Below, one piece after another: positions 1 to 13,869 of a stretch of DNA of 64,000 bases. The notes beneath the pieces were generated by a model that worked only from the letters and a program-made list of their open reading frames with translations, made no database searches and was not told the DNA's origin. This DNA comes from Vicugna vicugna (Eukaryota), in contig MU058257.1 of NCBI GenBank assembly GCA_013265495.1, forward strand, positions 1,629,262-1,693,261. Direction: 5' to 3'. A program made the translations under genes and the position numbers. Positions within the stretch are counted from its first letter, which is position 1. Each line of letters opens with the position of its first letter.

Positions 1-329
1 GATTCACTACAGTTACAGGCACCACTCTGAAAACGGAAATTGGACCAAGATGCTCTTAATTATTCTAACTTACTTTCAGGCTTAGCAAAATAAAACCAGT
101 GCACCCAAAGAGCAGCCTGAGTGCCCTCTCCCGTGAACAGGACAAGGCTGCTCAGAGAAATGGCCAACCGCACACGTGGAGAACATGTGAGCGTGGAACA
201 CACGTGGCAGAAAGCGTGGAACACACGCTGCTCTCAGGAGCCGATGTAGAGGTCACGCTACCACCAACACGGGCAACGTGAGCGTCAATAAGATAACGAT
301 GCAGCAGACTAAAGCCGTAACTGCATTAA

Positions 330-960
330 TGCTCACGAGTTCTCAACGACTTTCTCAGAGAGAAAAAGGACTAAACCAGCAGGATGTTAGCCAAGAGAAC
401 AAACTCATTACTCTGAAAACCAGCGGAGAAGAGACAGAACGAGGCATCTGGCCTGTTCTTCCTGGACAGAGGGCATCGCAGGGAAACAAACCGGTGGATA
501 AAAAAAAGCATCTTAATAGAAATAGTCTGGTCAGTAAATGGAAGAACTGGATTATCAACATACTGCAAACACTGAAAAGGTAAGACTGGATCTACACAGT
601 GCTCACCAGGCGTCAGCAGCGCCGCCAACGCCACCGATCAGACACGGCCGGGCTTCACGCAGCTGCTGACTGACCCACACACCACCTGGGGGCTCTGCCG
701 TCCAGAAGTCAAGCCAGAATCCCATCAAGTCTACATCTAACAAGGACGCATCTATGAGGAACCCAGTGGGCCTCCCTGGGACAGGCGCCCCTGGAGAAGC
801 ACCTGGACACCCGGCGACGAGGGAGGCGTGTTCACAGCCCGACCCGTCGCTCAGACGTCCCCACACAGTCTCTCCTCCGCGTGACGCGCCCCTTCCTGCC
901 GCCTGAAGATGGGCTTTCTTGTTGGACATACGCTGTGCGTTCTTAACGTGTTCCCAGCTG
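330..960 (+). mobile_element. Old L1ME-like LINE 3' region, heavily diverged
   Basis: 675-740 (cacaccacctgggggctctgccgtccagaagtcaagccagaatcccatcaagtctacatctaac) resembles the recalled L1ME 3' UTR; the A-rich plus strand upstream is consistent. Boundaries approximate. Confidence 0.4.
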
Positions 961-3900
961 TGTTACCTTTACCAGTTTTACAGTGTCGGTAACCATTCCT
1001 GCCTCTGATAAACAGGAAGTAAAACTCAGTGCATAAGCTACGTTTCCACACAAAGGCAAGTCCTCAGGGCCAAGGAAAACACACCAGCCAAGGGCAAAAA
1101 GAAGTGGGAAAGAAAGAAGCGGTGGGGCGGCGGGGAAAGGAGTCTGCAAACCTGCTCTTCCCTCGACCTCAGCAGGCCTGACGGACCCGAGGGCTTTGCG
1201 CCTCACAGAGCCTGCGGCGTGGAGGCCCCAAGGTGGTGCTGAGAGCCTGCACCGACCTTTCCAGTGACCGAGGACCACCTGCTACGAAGGCCCAAGTCCA
1301 TCCAGTCACGCGGGGCAGAGTTTCTAGAAAACACTCCTGTGCCCAGTGGCCCGACAGTGCCTGTTGTTAAGTGCGTGCACACATACTGCAGACATATGCG
1401 GGAAGGTTATTTTTAATTAAGTGCTTCCATGTAGGAAGCAAACGGTTATTCTGCCGAATGCAAACTCGGAAATAATGATGTCAGACAGGAAGTGCAAAGA
1501 TGCTCTGACTCTGAGTGGGTGTTTGAAATGCCCCAGGGGACCCCCACATACAGGACGTGGCCACACATTTTCGCCAGTGACTCCGCTTGTCTTGAAGGTG
1601 GGGTGAGGCCTGAAGCACAGACTATGCTGATTCACTCCACTGAGCCTCAGTTTCCCAACAGTAGACACAGGGGAGGTGGACCTGCAAGTGTCCTAACTGC
1701 TCCATTGTCCAAAGGTGGGGACACCTGCCCCCAGTGTCCCTGCAATGCGGCACACTGACCGCCTGCGGGGGGGAGCCATGCACAGGTCTCCGTTTTCACG
1801 TGCTCCGTGGAAGGAGAGGATTCTTGGGAAAGCAGGCAGACATAAATGACACGATGTGCTGAAAAGACTATGACGTCACCTTGTGGGGCACTGGGTTCCA
1901 ATGCAGAGATCACAGACAAAATGTTTCAGCCCAATGAAACAAGTGATCGCTTACATTCTATTGGTGTTTTAAAACCTAACATTTCTTGTGTTCTGATATG
2001 GGGAAAATATATTTTTGTCCTTTTTTCAATGGACTAAATGATGTGAAAAACATGTTTGAAAATAAGTTTGCAACCCAAAACCAGCAGATGCTGGTTGCTG
2101 GTTACTTAGTTGGAAAATTGAAGGATAAAACACACATCTTCGCGACACCAAGTCTCGGTGAGAAGGCTTTCCTGGTGGTGTTTAAACACTGACTCTGGAA
2201 CCAGCAACCCGGCCTACGGACAGTGCGTCTGCTGGGAACCACTGTCGCCTGGCAGCCCGACTCGGCTGCCAAACTGCTCATTAGGGCTGGCAACGCCCAC
2301 CTGCGCCCCGGGTCCCATTTCGGCAGGGAAAAGACACCAGGCTGCTCGCACCATCTTTGGCTGTGAGCTTCCAGCAGCCCCTCATCGCTCAGTCTCCACC
2401 CACCTGCAGTCCTCCAAGCACACTCACCTCGTGTGCGGCGCGTTATTTTTGAAATGTCACCTCGGCTCCAGCTCTTAGAAACTAGCTCAGCTTATATAAA
2501 GCAAAACACACAGCAGAGACAGAATAAGCTGCAGTGCCAAGTGAGCTGGCAGACAACACACCTAATTCTTCACGCAGAAGAACACGCGAACGAGGTGAAT
2601 GCAAGTGCTCACTTGGGGAGCATTTCTCCTGCGTGCAGCACAGGTGACAAGAGGACAGAGCAGAGGAGTCCTCTCCAACTGGGTCTGGCCCACCCGACCT
2701 TTCCTGCAAGTCTGAAAGGAGTGCTCCGATTTATAATATAAACAAAAACAAACAATAGAGGTAACGCGGCAACCAGAACAAAGGCGAGGCCGAGTACCGC
2801 GGGCTCCCGCCTCTCAGCTTCCCCTGATCCCTGCCGCCCAGCACGCTGACATCCAGAGGCCGATCGATACACAAAAAGATACAAAAGAGATACGTGGTGG
2901 GCAAAAAGCACCAAAGATACAAAACAAAATGTCTGAAAGCCCATAAAACAACTTCTGATGGGACACTGCTTTTCATTTTGCAGAAGTAAAATATTCAGCA
3001 CCAACCCTGCAATTAGCTAGAAAATTACAATAATTACAGCAATTTTGTATCCCATCTCCAATCCAATTAATAGATATATGACCTTGTCAACATGCCATAA
3101 TCAGACTGCATCTACAGCACAACTGGACGGGTTTTCTATGCTGAATAGGACTCGCACAGTAAGAAGGTAATTATTTGAAATACTGAGAATGCCATTTGTA
3201 TGCTATGCTCCACTTCACAAGTTAAAAGGAAATACAATAGGAATATTATTTCTATTTTCAATATACATTTAAATCACATCCGGAAAACAGTATTCGAATA
3301 CCGGTTAATGTTAAGAGGATAGATCTCTCAACTAAAGATCTCGGATCTTCTGGCAAGACGAAACCAATCTGTACGTTCTTGGGTAAGAAAAAAAATTTAG
3401 AGATGAAGAGGATGGCAGGGGTGCTAACTTTACAACGTAACCCTCCTATAGCAGTTACCGATCTGTCTTTAAGTTCTAAAAGTTTGGGAACTAGCAAAAT
3501 CTTACCAATTAAAGAGCACCACTTCAGAAAATTTTTGCCGCTAATGGATAAAAATTAACTGTAAAATTAACACAGCTCAGACAGGTTAAAATGTTAAAAG
3601 GCAATCTAATCAGATACTTTGTTTCTCAAAATTTCCACAGCCATTCTATTTCTACAACTTTTTCCATCACTAGGGCATGTGCCGCGGCCAAGGAACCTCT
3701 AATCCTCAATCTGGCTCTTCTAAAGGGAATATTAAATCAGCATCCCGGGGTTGAAAAGGAATCCTGCCACCATTCTAAGGCCAGGCTAACCTCCAGAATG
3801 TCTGGCCTCTGTTAAAGCCTCTGAGAATTTAAAAAAAAAAAAAAAAAAAACCAGGGTGAAAAAAATCACTAGATCTGGTCTCAGGATTTGCACAGCAAGC

Positions 3901-6270
3901 TGTGCCCTGAACACAGCAGGTCTCCCTAAACCTGGGTTTGTGAACATCTGAAACCGAGGCAGTCGGACACCAATCACAGAAGTGTGAGGCCGAGAGAGCA
4001 CGGTTCCAGTCTGACTCTAGTCCGTAAGCACTGGGTCTGCACTCCAGACTAATCGTCGTCACCACCTTTCCACAATCAGCCGTCAACCGAGGGCTTCTCA
4101 CGTGTCCCGCCCCGCATCCTGAGCTTAGCATCCCGCTCCCTGTTCACAGTCCTGGGCCGGGCACCCCAGACGATGGAACCGGGGCTGAGGGATGACAGTC
4201 CCGCCCGAGCATCCACACGGACGTGGTGCTGCCAGACTCCTTCTGAACCACAGATACGGGAAACCGCGGGCTGAGAAAGGAGCACGGGAAATACATGCGA
4301 AAGCATGAAGTAGAATACGCTCCCATTCAAACATATCAAAAGTCTGGTTGAAAAAAAAAAGAACATTTCTGCAGGTTGTCTGATATCTGGTTATCTTTAC
4401 ATCGACATACGCCTGTCAGTGTCCAAGGGGATGCAGAAACTGCCCGAGAGTTTAAAGAGTTTGATGCCAAGTGGCCTCACTCCCTAAAGCGACCTACTGG
4501 CTGAAAACCTCCCCATTTCTCCACTGCGGATGGTCTAAGGCAGAGGAGGTCCAGTGCCTTGAAAAGCCCAAATGTTTCAGTTTTTTTTTTTAAATCAGAA
4601 GGGGGGGGAATGAAGTTTGGGAGTTAAACAAAAAGTTTTTATTTTTTTTCTCGCATCATAGGAAAATGATACTTTAAAGGTTTTCTTAGCTTCCATCAAT
4701 TCTTTATGGAATGAAGATTAGTGAATCCATTCACAGGAAAATATGAAAGACACAGGAAAGTGATCACGTTCTTTCTCCAAGAGAAACACCGAAGCTTCTT
4801 CATCTGAAGCCCTTTATTAACCACGCCCCCAATTGGAGTCCATCATTATGAGACCGAGCAAATCCCTACATACCGTTGGCTTCTTAATTTTCATGCCTCA
4901 AAACACGGAAGCCCACTAAACATGAATTCTTCGACAGCAAGGACCAGGCCTTGCCACTCAGCTCTGGGCTCTGATCACCCAGCACAGACTAGTCTCGTTT
5001 CATTTCCGAGTGGTGTTGATACCACAGAAAGTGACTCGTGTGTGACGGTGACTTTCACATGGTCTCCGAACCTCAGCACGCACCTACCCAATGCCTGCCC
5101 AGGGCGCAACACCTAAGTAAGCCCAGCAAGTAAGACTCAGGGCTTCCTGCTCTGAGGGTCTGCACGGCCTCCCACTGGTGCCTGCAAGACAACACGTAGG
5201 CTTCAAATGCAACTTCCTTTCCTCAGTAAAAACAAGGTAGAAGAGACATTTCGGGTTGAAAACAGCATTTAAGGTTTAATAAGAGCCAGCCACATGTGGG
5301 TGGTGGTGGTTTAGAAATTCAGTTGAGTCAGAAAAGTCAAAGGACACAAACCGAGGGGCAGCATGCCACCCACCTTCTTAACACCACGACAGAACTGGCC
5401 TCTCCTCCAACACTTTAAGACGCAGCTAAATGAAAGCTGCATCTTGCTTTTAAAACACACAAATAAAAAAAAACCCGTAACAGCAGCATAACAAAAAGCT
5501 CTGCTTTTAATTATATACGTTAAGGTGTAATTACTCACAGAAAGATGCTGTTTTCCAAACAGCAGGCACCTGAATACCGGTACTACTGTTTAATTAAAAT
5601 TTTCTTTAAATCAAAATCAGGCAATCCATTTTTCATACACCAGCTCATTCCAAGCAGATAATCACTAACGCATGGACCTAACGAGCCAGCGCACAACAGA
5701 AGCATGCCACACGCGGTGCCCGCCCCACCTTCAGGAAGACATCGCCGGAAGCAAAGCCCACAAAGATTTTGAAAGCATCTATCTACGTACTTATCAAAGG
5801 TATTTGTATTTCTACAAAAATGAGCTTAAACTACATGTGCTCATACACGTGCACAAGCAAGCACAAGCCTCCTGGACCCCGGGGCGCGTCCCGTTAAGAC
5901 GCCCCGTCGCGGCCACCTGGGCAGCCTCCCTGGAAGCACGGCTCACCATGAGCAGCTCTCGCGGCGACAGCTCCCGTCCAGGGCACAGAAGTGACCCTGG
6001 GAAGTGGCTGACACTGCTCTTCATCCACACACACCCCACCGTGCGGCCTGCCTCCCAGTCCCCAGACCCCTGTACAGCTGCTTTCCCTGTGGTCCCGGCG
6101 GATCATCAGATGTGTTAACTGTTCAGCTGGTGTTCCCTCCTTGTTCTCCCCCTGTAGCCCTTCTAGGACAGGGGAAGCAGGAAGTTTTCCATAAGCAAGT
6201 TACCAAAGTGCTGCGGACTGCTGCCGGTGTGGAAAGTGGGAACGGGGATGCACTTCAGAAGAATAAGCCA

Positions 6271-6922
6271 TATGTGCCTGTTGATCATTCGTATGTCCTC
6301 CTTGGAGAACTGCTTGTTTAGGTCTTCTGCCCAGTTTTGGATTAGGTTGTTCGTTTTTTGTTATTATGTCGTATGAGCTGCTTATATATTGTCGGTTTCA
6401 TCGTTTGCAAAAATTTTCCCCCATTCTGTAGGTTGTCATTTTGTTTTACTTAACGGTTTCCTTTGCTGTGCATAAGCTTATAAGTTTAACTAGGTCCCAT
6501 TTGTTTATTCTTGCTTTTATTTCTATTGCTTGGGTAGACTGCCCTAGGAGAACATTTTTGAGATGTATGTCAGATAATGTTTTGCCTATGTTTTCTTCTA
6601 GGAGGTTTATTGTATCTTGTCTTATGTTTAAGTCTTTGATCCATTCTGAGTTTACTTTTGTGTATGGTGTAAGGGAGTGTTCTAGCTTCACTGATTTACA
6701 TACTGCTGTCCAGTTTTCCCAACACCGTTTGCTGAAGAGACTGTCTTTATTCCACTGTATATTCTTGCTTCCTTTGTCGAAGATGAGTTGTCCAAAAGTT
6801 TGTGGGTTCATTTCTGGGCTCTCTATTCTGTTCCATTTCCACATGTCTGTTTTTGTACCAATGCCATGCTGTCTTGATGACTGTAGCTCTATAGTATTGT
6901 CTTTAGTCTGGGAGGATTATTC
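6271..6922 (-). mobile_element. Young L1 ORF2 fragment, inverted 5' part of a twin-primed insertion
   Basis: Minus ORF 6446-6844 reads WNRIESPEMNPQTFGQLIFDKGSKNIQWNKDSLFSK...LTPYTKVNSEWIKDLNIR...INKWDLVKL, which is typical L1 ORF2 C-terminal sequence. Confidence 0.95.
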
Positions 6923-7829
6923 AATAGGCACATGAAAAAATGCTCCATATTGCTAATTATCAGAGAAATGCAAATCAAAACTACAATGAGGTATCACCTC
7001 ACACCAGTCAGAATGGTCATCATTCAAAAGTCCACAAATGACAAATGCTAGAGAGGCTGTGGAGAAAGGGGAACCCTCCTACACTGCTGGTGGGAATGCA
7101 GTTTGGTGCAGCCACTATGGAAAACAGTGTGGAGATTCCTCAAAAGACTAGGAATAGACTTACTGTATGACCCAGGAATCCCACTCCTGGGCTTATATCC
7201 AGAAGGAACCCTACTTCAAAATGACACCTGCACCCCAATGTTCACAGCAGCACTATTTACGATAGCCAAGACATGGAAACAGCCTAAATATCCATCAAGA
7301 GATGACTGGATAAAGATGACGTAGTATATTTATACAATGGAATACTACTCAGCTATAAAAACTGACAACGTAATGCCATTTGCAGCAACATGGATGTTCC
7401 TGGAGAATGTCATTCTAAGTGAAGTAAGCCAGAAAGAGAAAGAAAAATACCATATGAGATTGCTCATATGTGGGATCTAAAAAAGAAAAGAAAAGAAAAG
7501 AAAAAGACAAATGAACATAAATATAAAACAGAAACAGACTCATAGACATAGAATACAAACTTGTGGTTGCCAGGGGGAGGGGGATGGGAAGGGACAGACT
7601 GGGAGTTTGAAATTTATAGATACTGACAGGCATATATAGAATAGATAAATCAGTTTATACTATATAGCACAAGGAAATATATACAAGATCTTGTGGTAGC
7701 TCACAGTGAAAAGGAATGTGACAATGAATATATGTATGTTCATGTATAACTAAAAAACTGTGCTCTACACTGGAAATTGACACAACATTGTAAACTGACT
7801 ATAACTCAATAAAATAAAATTTTAAAAAA
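6921..7829 (+). mobile_element. Young L1 3' end (ORF2 C-terminus, 3' UTR, poly-A), non-inverted part of the same insertion
   Basis: ORF 7103-7324 reads [13 protein letters not shown]...[11 protein letters not shown]...CTPMFTAALFTIAKTWKQPK. AATAAA and an A-rich tail lie at 7808-7829. Degenerate TSD: aagaataagccatatgt (6259-6275) vs aaaaataagctacatgt (7825-7841). Confidence 0.95.
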
Positions 7830-8620
7830 TAAGCTACATGTTCTAAATATTATCTAATTATATTTTGTATAGACATCATTATAAATTATCACCCGTCTAT
7901 ATATGAAGACCTCCTGAAGACTACCAGTCACGTCACGCAGACTACATTTCCCACCTGAAAAATGGAAATGTTTCTAAATAGATCTGCCCAAAAGATAAGT
8001 CATTTTTAACTTACAAATTTCTGGAAATAGACCTCTGAGTCTTTACAACTGCTCAATTATAAGATTATACAATTACAAACGCTAAAAATTATATTTAGCG
8101 AAAGTTCTTCCCTTTTCCAACTAAGCTTGGCAGGAATGGCTGCAGAATTCTTCAAGCTGGAACCTGGGCCCTCTGCCTCCTGGGATTCCTGACGTGAACT
8201 CACTACAGCGGCATTTTCCCCCCTTGAGATGGTATCTAACAGCAGCTCTTCCCGACCCCGGAAGGTAACGAAGGTCCTGAGGTCTTTGCACCCCTGGTCT
8301 CTAGTTTAAGGTCAAGTGATGGTTGTGACCAAGCTGACTGTCAATCAAACATCCACGTCTTGCTCCGATGGCAGGCCTTGCATGATTTCCACCTGCTCCA
8401 GCATTCAGACAAAACGCATGGACAGAGCAATTCAGGCAACACAGATTTGACTACTACCCTCACTTACCTTCAGTGAGCCATTAAAGTCTGCCGGTCCAAA
8501 CTAAAGTCAGCCCAGTCTATTAAAGTGTAAAGCACCTTGCCTATCTCTCTTGCAAAAGACATTTGCCCAGGTCCTAATATTAATCAGTTTTGATAAAAAA
8601 CAGATAATGAACTCCATTCA

Positions 8621-8965
<345 letters not shown>

Positions 8966-9729
8966 CTACGCACCTAGGAGCGCTGTGTTTCGGGAAGCAA
9001 AGCATCAAAGGGGCAGCGCCTTGCCCCGAATGTCACTCGTAAGTTGTACATTTCGTATCCAAAATTCCGTGGGTGAGAAATAATGAAATGGTTTCATATC
9101 ACAGAATGCTAAAGGGGATGGGGTAGACTGAAAGCTTTTTGTGAATGATACGTTAAGTGCGAAAGGAAATGCACATGTGCCCTACGTGATACAAATGATG
9201 CCCAGTCAGCACAGCACAAGGTGGGAGGCCCCTCACGCAGGATGAAGGGGAGGCGGACAACATGCATGGTGCATGAGAAGCACAGGGAGGGGGAGAGAAG
9301 CTGGTGAGGCCAGCCGCCTTCAGGGAGGTGGTGGGAACAGGGTTGAGAGAATGAGAACAGATGATGGAGAAAACAGGGTGGTGACACTTTTTTAAAAGAA
9401 TATATTTTCTGTAACTCTGACTCTTAGAAAACATCATAATATTAAAATACCTAAAATAGAAATAAAGAATTGAGAGCAACCAAGATAACAATGGTGGGGG
9501 GGAGGGGACACAAACCAACCAACCTATCAAATGACAACTACCCCCACCCCAGGAGGGGCGGCAGGGGCAGGACCAAGTGCCCTCGCAGAACTCTCTTCAC
9601 TGCTCAGTGTGAGGCTGCAGCAAAGAGACCCCGCACAGAAACACTGCGTCAGCAAGCGTGCTTCTCACAAGTGCACGGCTTAGAAACTCCTATTACTACC
9701 ACTGCGACACACGCACACACCACACACAC

Positions 9730-11085
9730 ACAACACACACCAGGGGTGGATGAAACGGAAAATACGTTGGATAGTAAGAGCCAGGAGTCTCACTGTCAGC
9801 AGCAGAAGTTACCCACAATGAGGTAAGTGGTGGTCCTGGGTCAGAACCAGAGGCGTTTGCGTGCGTACCCGGGTTTCACAAGCAGGTGGCCAGTGTGGAC
9901 AGACGGTGGTGTGATCATGTTGTGCAAACACACACCCCCAGCTCTGCCCACTGGGAGGCCCAGGAAGCAATGACGTTGCTTCAAGGACAAATGGCTGGTT
10001 CGAGAACCAGTGAACGCAAATGCCCAGATCTTGGTTTCTGGTATCGCTCTCCAGTAAACGAACCTAGAGGAAGTGTGACCTACAGGGCCGGGGGCAGTGG
10101 AGACACAGGCTGGGCCTGGAGCCCCTCGTGAGCCAGAGGGCAAGGACGCACACAAAGGGCCAGGGGCATCAGGCAGCAGCCCGAAGGAGCTCCCAGTGGC
10201 CAAGCTGGACGCCACCGTGCAGGTAAGGAATGATAGCCCTGGGTTAGAACCCAAGACAAACCACGGACCTGTGCATGCACGATGCCATAAATGCACAGCT
10301 GAAGAAGGAAGTAAATAAATGGCGGAGAACGGACAGCTTTCCACCCAAGTAACAAACGTGGAAGAAATAACAGAAAGAGAAACCACCCCAGGCCACCTCC
10401 ACGGTCATAACCGTCGCAGCCAAGCTCCACCAGGGGACTGTAACTCGAACGCCGAGAACATGATGGAAATGGGACACCTGCACGTCTCAGAGTGTCTCAC
10501 ATCGAGATTCTTTTCAATTAAAGAGGAAACAGTATCTTTGCAGGAGAGAAAGGTGGCGACAGCTCTTCGCCAAGGTTGACACCACCAGTAACAAGACGTG
10601 TCCACAGCGCGCACCCTCTGAAAAATGCACGGGGAAGGATACGACGTCCCCTCCGTGGTTTTCCTGCCAAAAATGTGCGACTAGGTCTAACCATGAGGAA
10701 ACACCAGACAAACCCAAACTGAGGAACATTCTACAAAGTAACTCCTACTCTTTAAAAACATCAAGGTGAGGAAAGCAAAAGACTGAAGAAGCCATATAAA
10801 CTGGAGGAGGCTGAGGAGAAGGAAGAACTACACACCGTGTGAGGTCCCTGACGGGAGCCCAAGCCACAGAAAGGACATGAGCGTAAAAGCGGCAGACTCA
10901 GATGAGGGCCCCCTCTCGGTCAGTGGACCTGACCCAGACGTCTTTGTGTCCTGACTGACAGCTCCGCCAGCGCTGTGCTCGGCGTTGGCACTGGGGACGG
11001 ATGAGGGGTACGTGGGAACACTCTGTGTGTGCTATTTCTGCAACTTTCCTGACATATAAAATGATTCCAAAATTTAAAAAATTTA
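9730..11085 (+). mobile_element. Old L1MC/L1MD-type LINE 3' UTR
   Basis: Recognisable motifs: gcccagatcttggtttct (~10022), ttcctgccaaaaatg...ccatgaggaaacaccagacaaacccaaactgaggaacattctacaaa (10661-10737), and terminal tttctgcaactttcct...attccaaaatttaaaaa. Confidence 0.75.
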
Positions 11086-11703
11086 CAAAGCACCATAAAA
11101 ATTAAAACTCATCCTATTTCTTCTTATAACTAAACTGTGGCAGTACAGCTCCAAATCTCAGAGAGCACCTCGGTCAGCCACCTGCACACCCTCGCCCAGC
11201 AAGCCAGGCCGAGGACACCGGGGAAGAAGAGTCAGGCCCGAACCCAAAAGGAACCAGGCCTCAGCAACGCCAACACGCCCATCAGTTATGGACAGTAAGA
11301 TGTTTGTGCAGAATATGGAAAGTGTTTGTAACTGCAGGTCATCATTTTGAACAAATGCTACTTACATCAAGCAGCTCATAAGATAAAAAGGAAAACCCCT
11401 CTAAGGTCACAGAGACACGAAGACAAACAGGAAGCTCAGAACCCCGCTGCGGCATCTTATATAATTAGCTGATTAAACCACCTGAAGGAAGGTTAAGTGG
11501 TAAGAAGAAATTACAGAAGGGTGAGGAGTTGGGCCACTCAACCTTATAATAAACTACATCATGGGAAGGGAAGCCCACGCAGGCAGAAGGATGGGAAGGG
11601 GTTTGCACATACACACTGAAGCTCCCGTATACAGCAAGACGATCGACCAGCCCATCCACCTGGCTGACAGGCATGTCCTCATACAGGTAACACCCTCCAG
11701 ATC

Positions 11704-11935
11704 GAGGGTCAGCGAACACTTTTCTAAAACGGTCCAGGTACTAAGTATTTCTGGAGCCACACAATTCATGCAGCCTCTCTCACAACTATTCTGCTCTGCA
11801 CTGTAGCATGGAAACAGCCTTAACACAACACATGAATAAACAAGCACAACTACGTTTAAATAAAACTTTATTTACAAAGCAGGCAGGGGGCCAAACCTGG
11901 CCCCTGATGATCCTGCACTCGCTCGCTCATCCCTC
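11704..11935. mobile_element. MER58A-like hAT-Charlie non-autonomous DNA transposon
   Basis: gggtcagcgaacacttttctaaaacggtccag...ctgtagcatggaaacagcc...aataaaactttatttacaaagcaggcagggggccaaacctggccc matches the recalled MER58A consensus. Confidence 0.8.
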
Positions 11936-13180
11936 TAGTAACATCCAGTTTAAAAATTTCAATTTGGGAAATAAAACTAAAAGCCAAATTACCTCGTAAA
12001 CCCTGAGAAGCTAACAATATTCATTTCAAGCTCTTCATCAGGATTTTTAATTTTCTGTACTTGATTTTAAGATCATCAGGCTTTTCTCAAGGTGTGTGGC
12101 TTAATATGCACTTTGAACATATTAAGTTTTGACATTTTGGCACTTAATTGAAGCAAATGAAATTCAAGTTTTGTTATTAACTTTTCACAAAGATGTGTTC
12201 TCTCAAGAATCGAGTCCTTTCTGCAAACTGAAAATGCAGATTGAAAATTACAAAGAACGAGTCTTTAAATGCCACACACGAGGGAAGAACTTACACATGT
12301 ATATTAGTTTCAATAATTATCTCCAGCACTTTTAGAAACACAAGTATTTGAAATCTGGACTGTGTCACGACCAAATGCTGTTTGAACTTCAGCAGCAGAA
12401 CCACAGTTGGTCTGCAGTGATGCCAGTAACATACAATTCTACAACTTTCTCTTAAACCAAAATTTAAGTGCCAGGTGCAGATAGAAAGCAATTCTGTGTT
12501 CAACTGGGAAGGGTATGTAATTTTAGACAACTCACCCTGTAAGAATACACAGGAGCGCAGCAAAAGAGAACGAGACCTTCACAAAAATACCACGTATTAA
12601 GAATCTCCATCATGTCCTTCAAAACATAAAGGGAACATCTTGCTTTTAAATTTGTGAAACGTGACTCAAATCCACGTTTCAGCAGATGGAGTCTTCACTG
12701 CTGTCCCTGAAGTAGATCGTTTTTGAAGGTTCACTTTTACTTTCAACGGCTAGTACTCCATCTCTCCTCTGGTCCCTCCACCTGTCAAGTCTCCACGGGG
12801 AAGGGTGGGCTGAGTTGGGGTTACACCCGGGATGGCTCGTCAGTAAATAAACCCACACCTGGCTGCAAACTTCCACCTCCCTCAGGACACGACACTGCAG
12901 CTGCCTGAACTGTCAGAACCCTGCAACAGGAACCCTGTTTCATAAACGTCGCACGTAAATGCACATACAAACCTCTTGGATGGAGGGGGTCTCTTTCTTG
13001 GGTAGAAATACGAGCTGGAAGCCCAGAACTTCACGCAGCCAAGAAGCCAAGAGCATGGGATTCACCGTCAAGGAGACAACATTCAAAACAGCTCTGACCC
13101 CACCTCTTAGGCAGGCGCGGGCCTGGTCCACAGGCCTCTCCACCGTCTTCAAGTCTGACTTTCCTCTTCTCCAAAGAGCA

Positions 13181-13645
13181 TGCTGGTCAAGGCCGTTCAG
13201 AGTGACGGCCGTGATCTCCAGACCCAAACCCCAGAACCTGTGGGTGCTACCCTCCCACGGCAAAGGTCACCTGAACGTGTGATTCAGATCAAGGACCTTA
13301 AAACAGGGAGACTGCCCTTAACTGTCCAGGGGGCCCCACCTAACCCCTCGAGCATGGGAAGGCGGAGACCCCTTCCCAGCTATGCCCAGAGGGAGACGTG
13401 ATAGTGGTTAGGGACGCAGTATGGCTGGCTTTCGGGGTGAAGAAAGGAGGTCTTGGGCCAAGGAAGGAGGCACCTCTGGAAAGAGAGGAAATGAAGTCTC
13501 CCCAAGGCCTCCAGGGAAGACGGCAGCTCTGCTCACAGCTTGGCTTTACCCACGCCAGACGTCCATCCCACAGGGCCGGACAGTAGCGAGTCCGCGACGT
13601 TGTCAGGTCTACAGTCACGTCACCACAGAACAAGAAAGCCACCAG
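13181..13645 (+). mobile_element. MaLR LTR (MLT1C/D-like)
   Basis: ccccagaacctgtgggtgctaccctcccacggcaaagg...gtgattcagatcaaggaccttaaaacagggagact...gccaaggaa...cctctgga...gcctccagggaag follows the MLT1 consensus. Confidence 0.75.
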
Positions 13646-13869
13646 TGCCAGCACCTCCCCTCCTGGAGGAGCAGGCAACAAGGAGCATGCGCTTCAGAGC
13701 ACAGCGCTCGCTGACCATGACGGTGGTATGTTTACCTCTGTTCATCTGAGGGTCAGGTTCAGGGGTGACCAGAGCCTGAGGCCAAGCTCTACACCAGTGA
13801 CCAGAGACCAGAGGGGACACAACAGGATGGGGGAGGGGGAAGCCAGCACAGAAGGAAGTGCCCCGGCGG

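Noticed and set aside
170..228. Short direct repeats agcgtggaacacacg as a CRISPR-like or functional array
   Set aside because: Only two full copies and a partial one, with no regular spacers; an ordinary local duplication in eukaryotic DNA.
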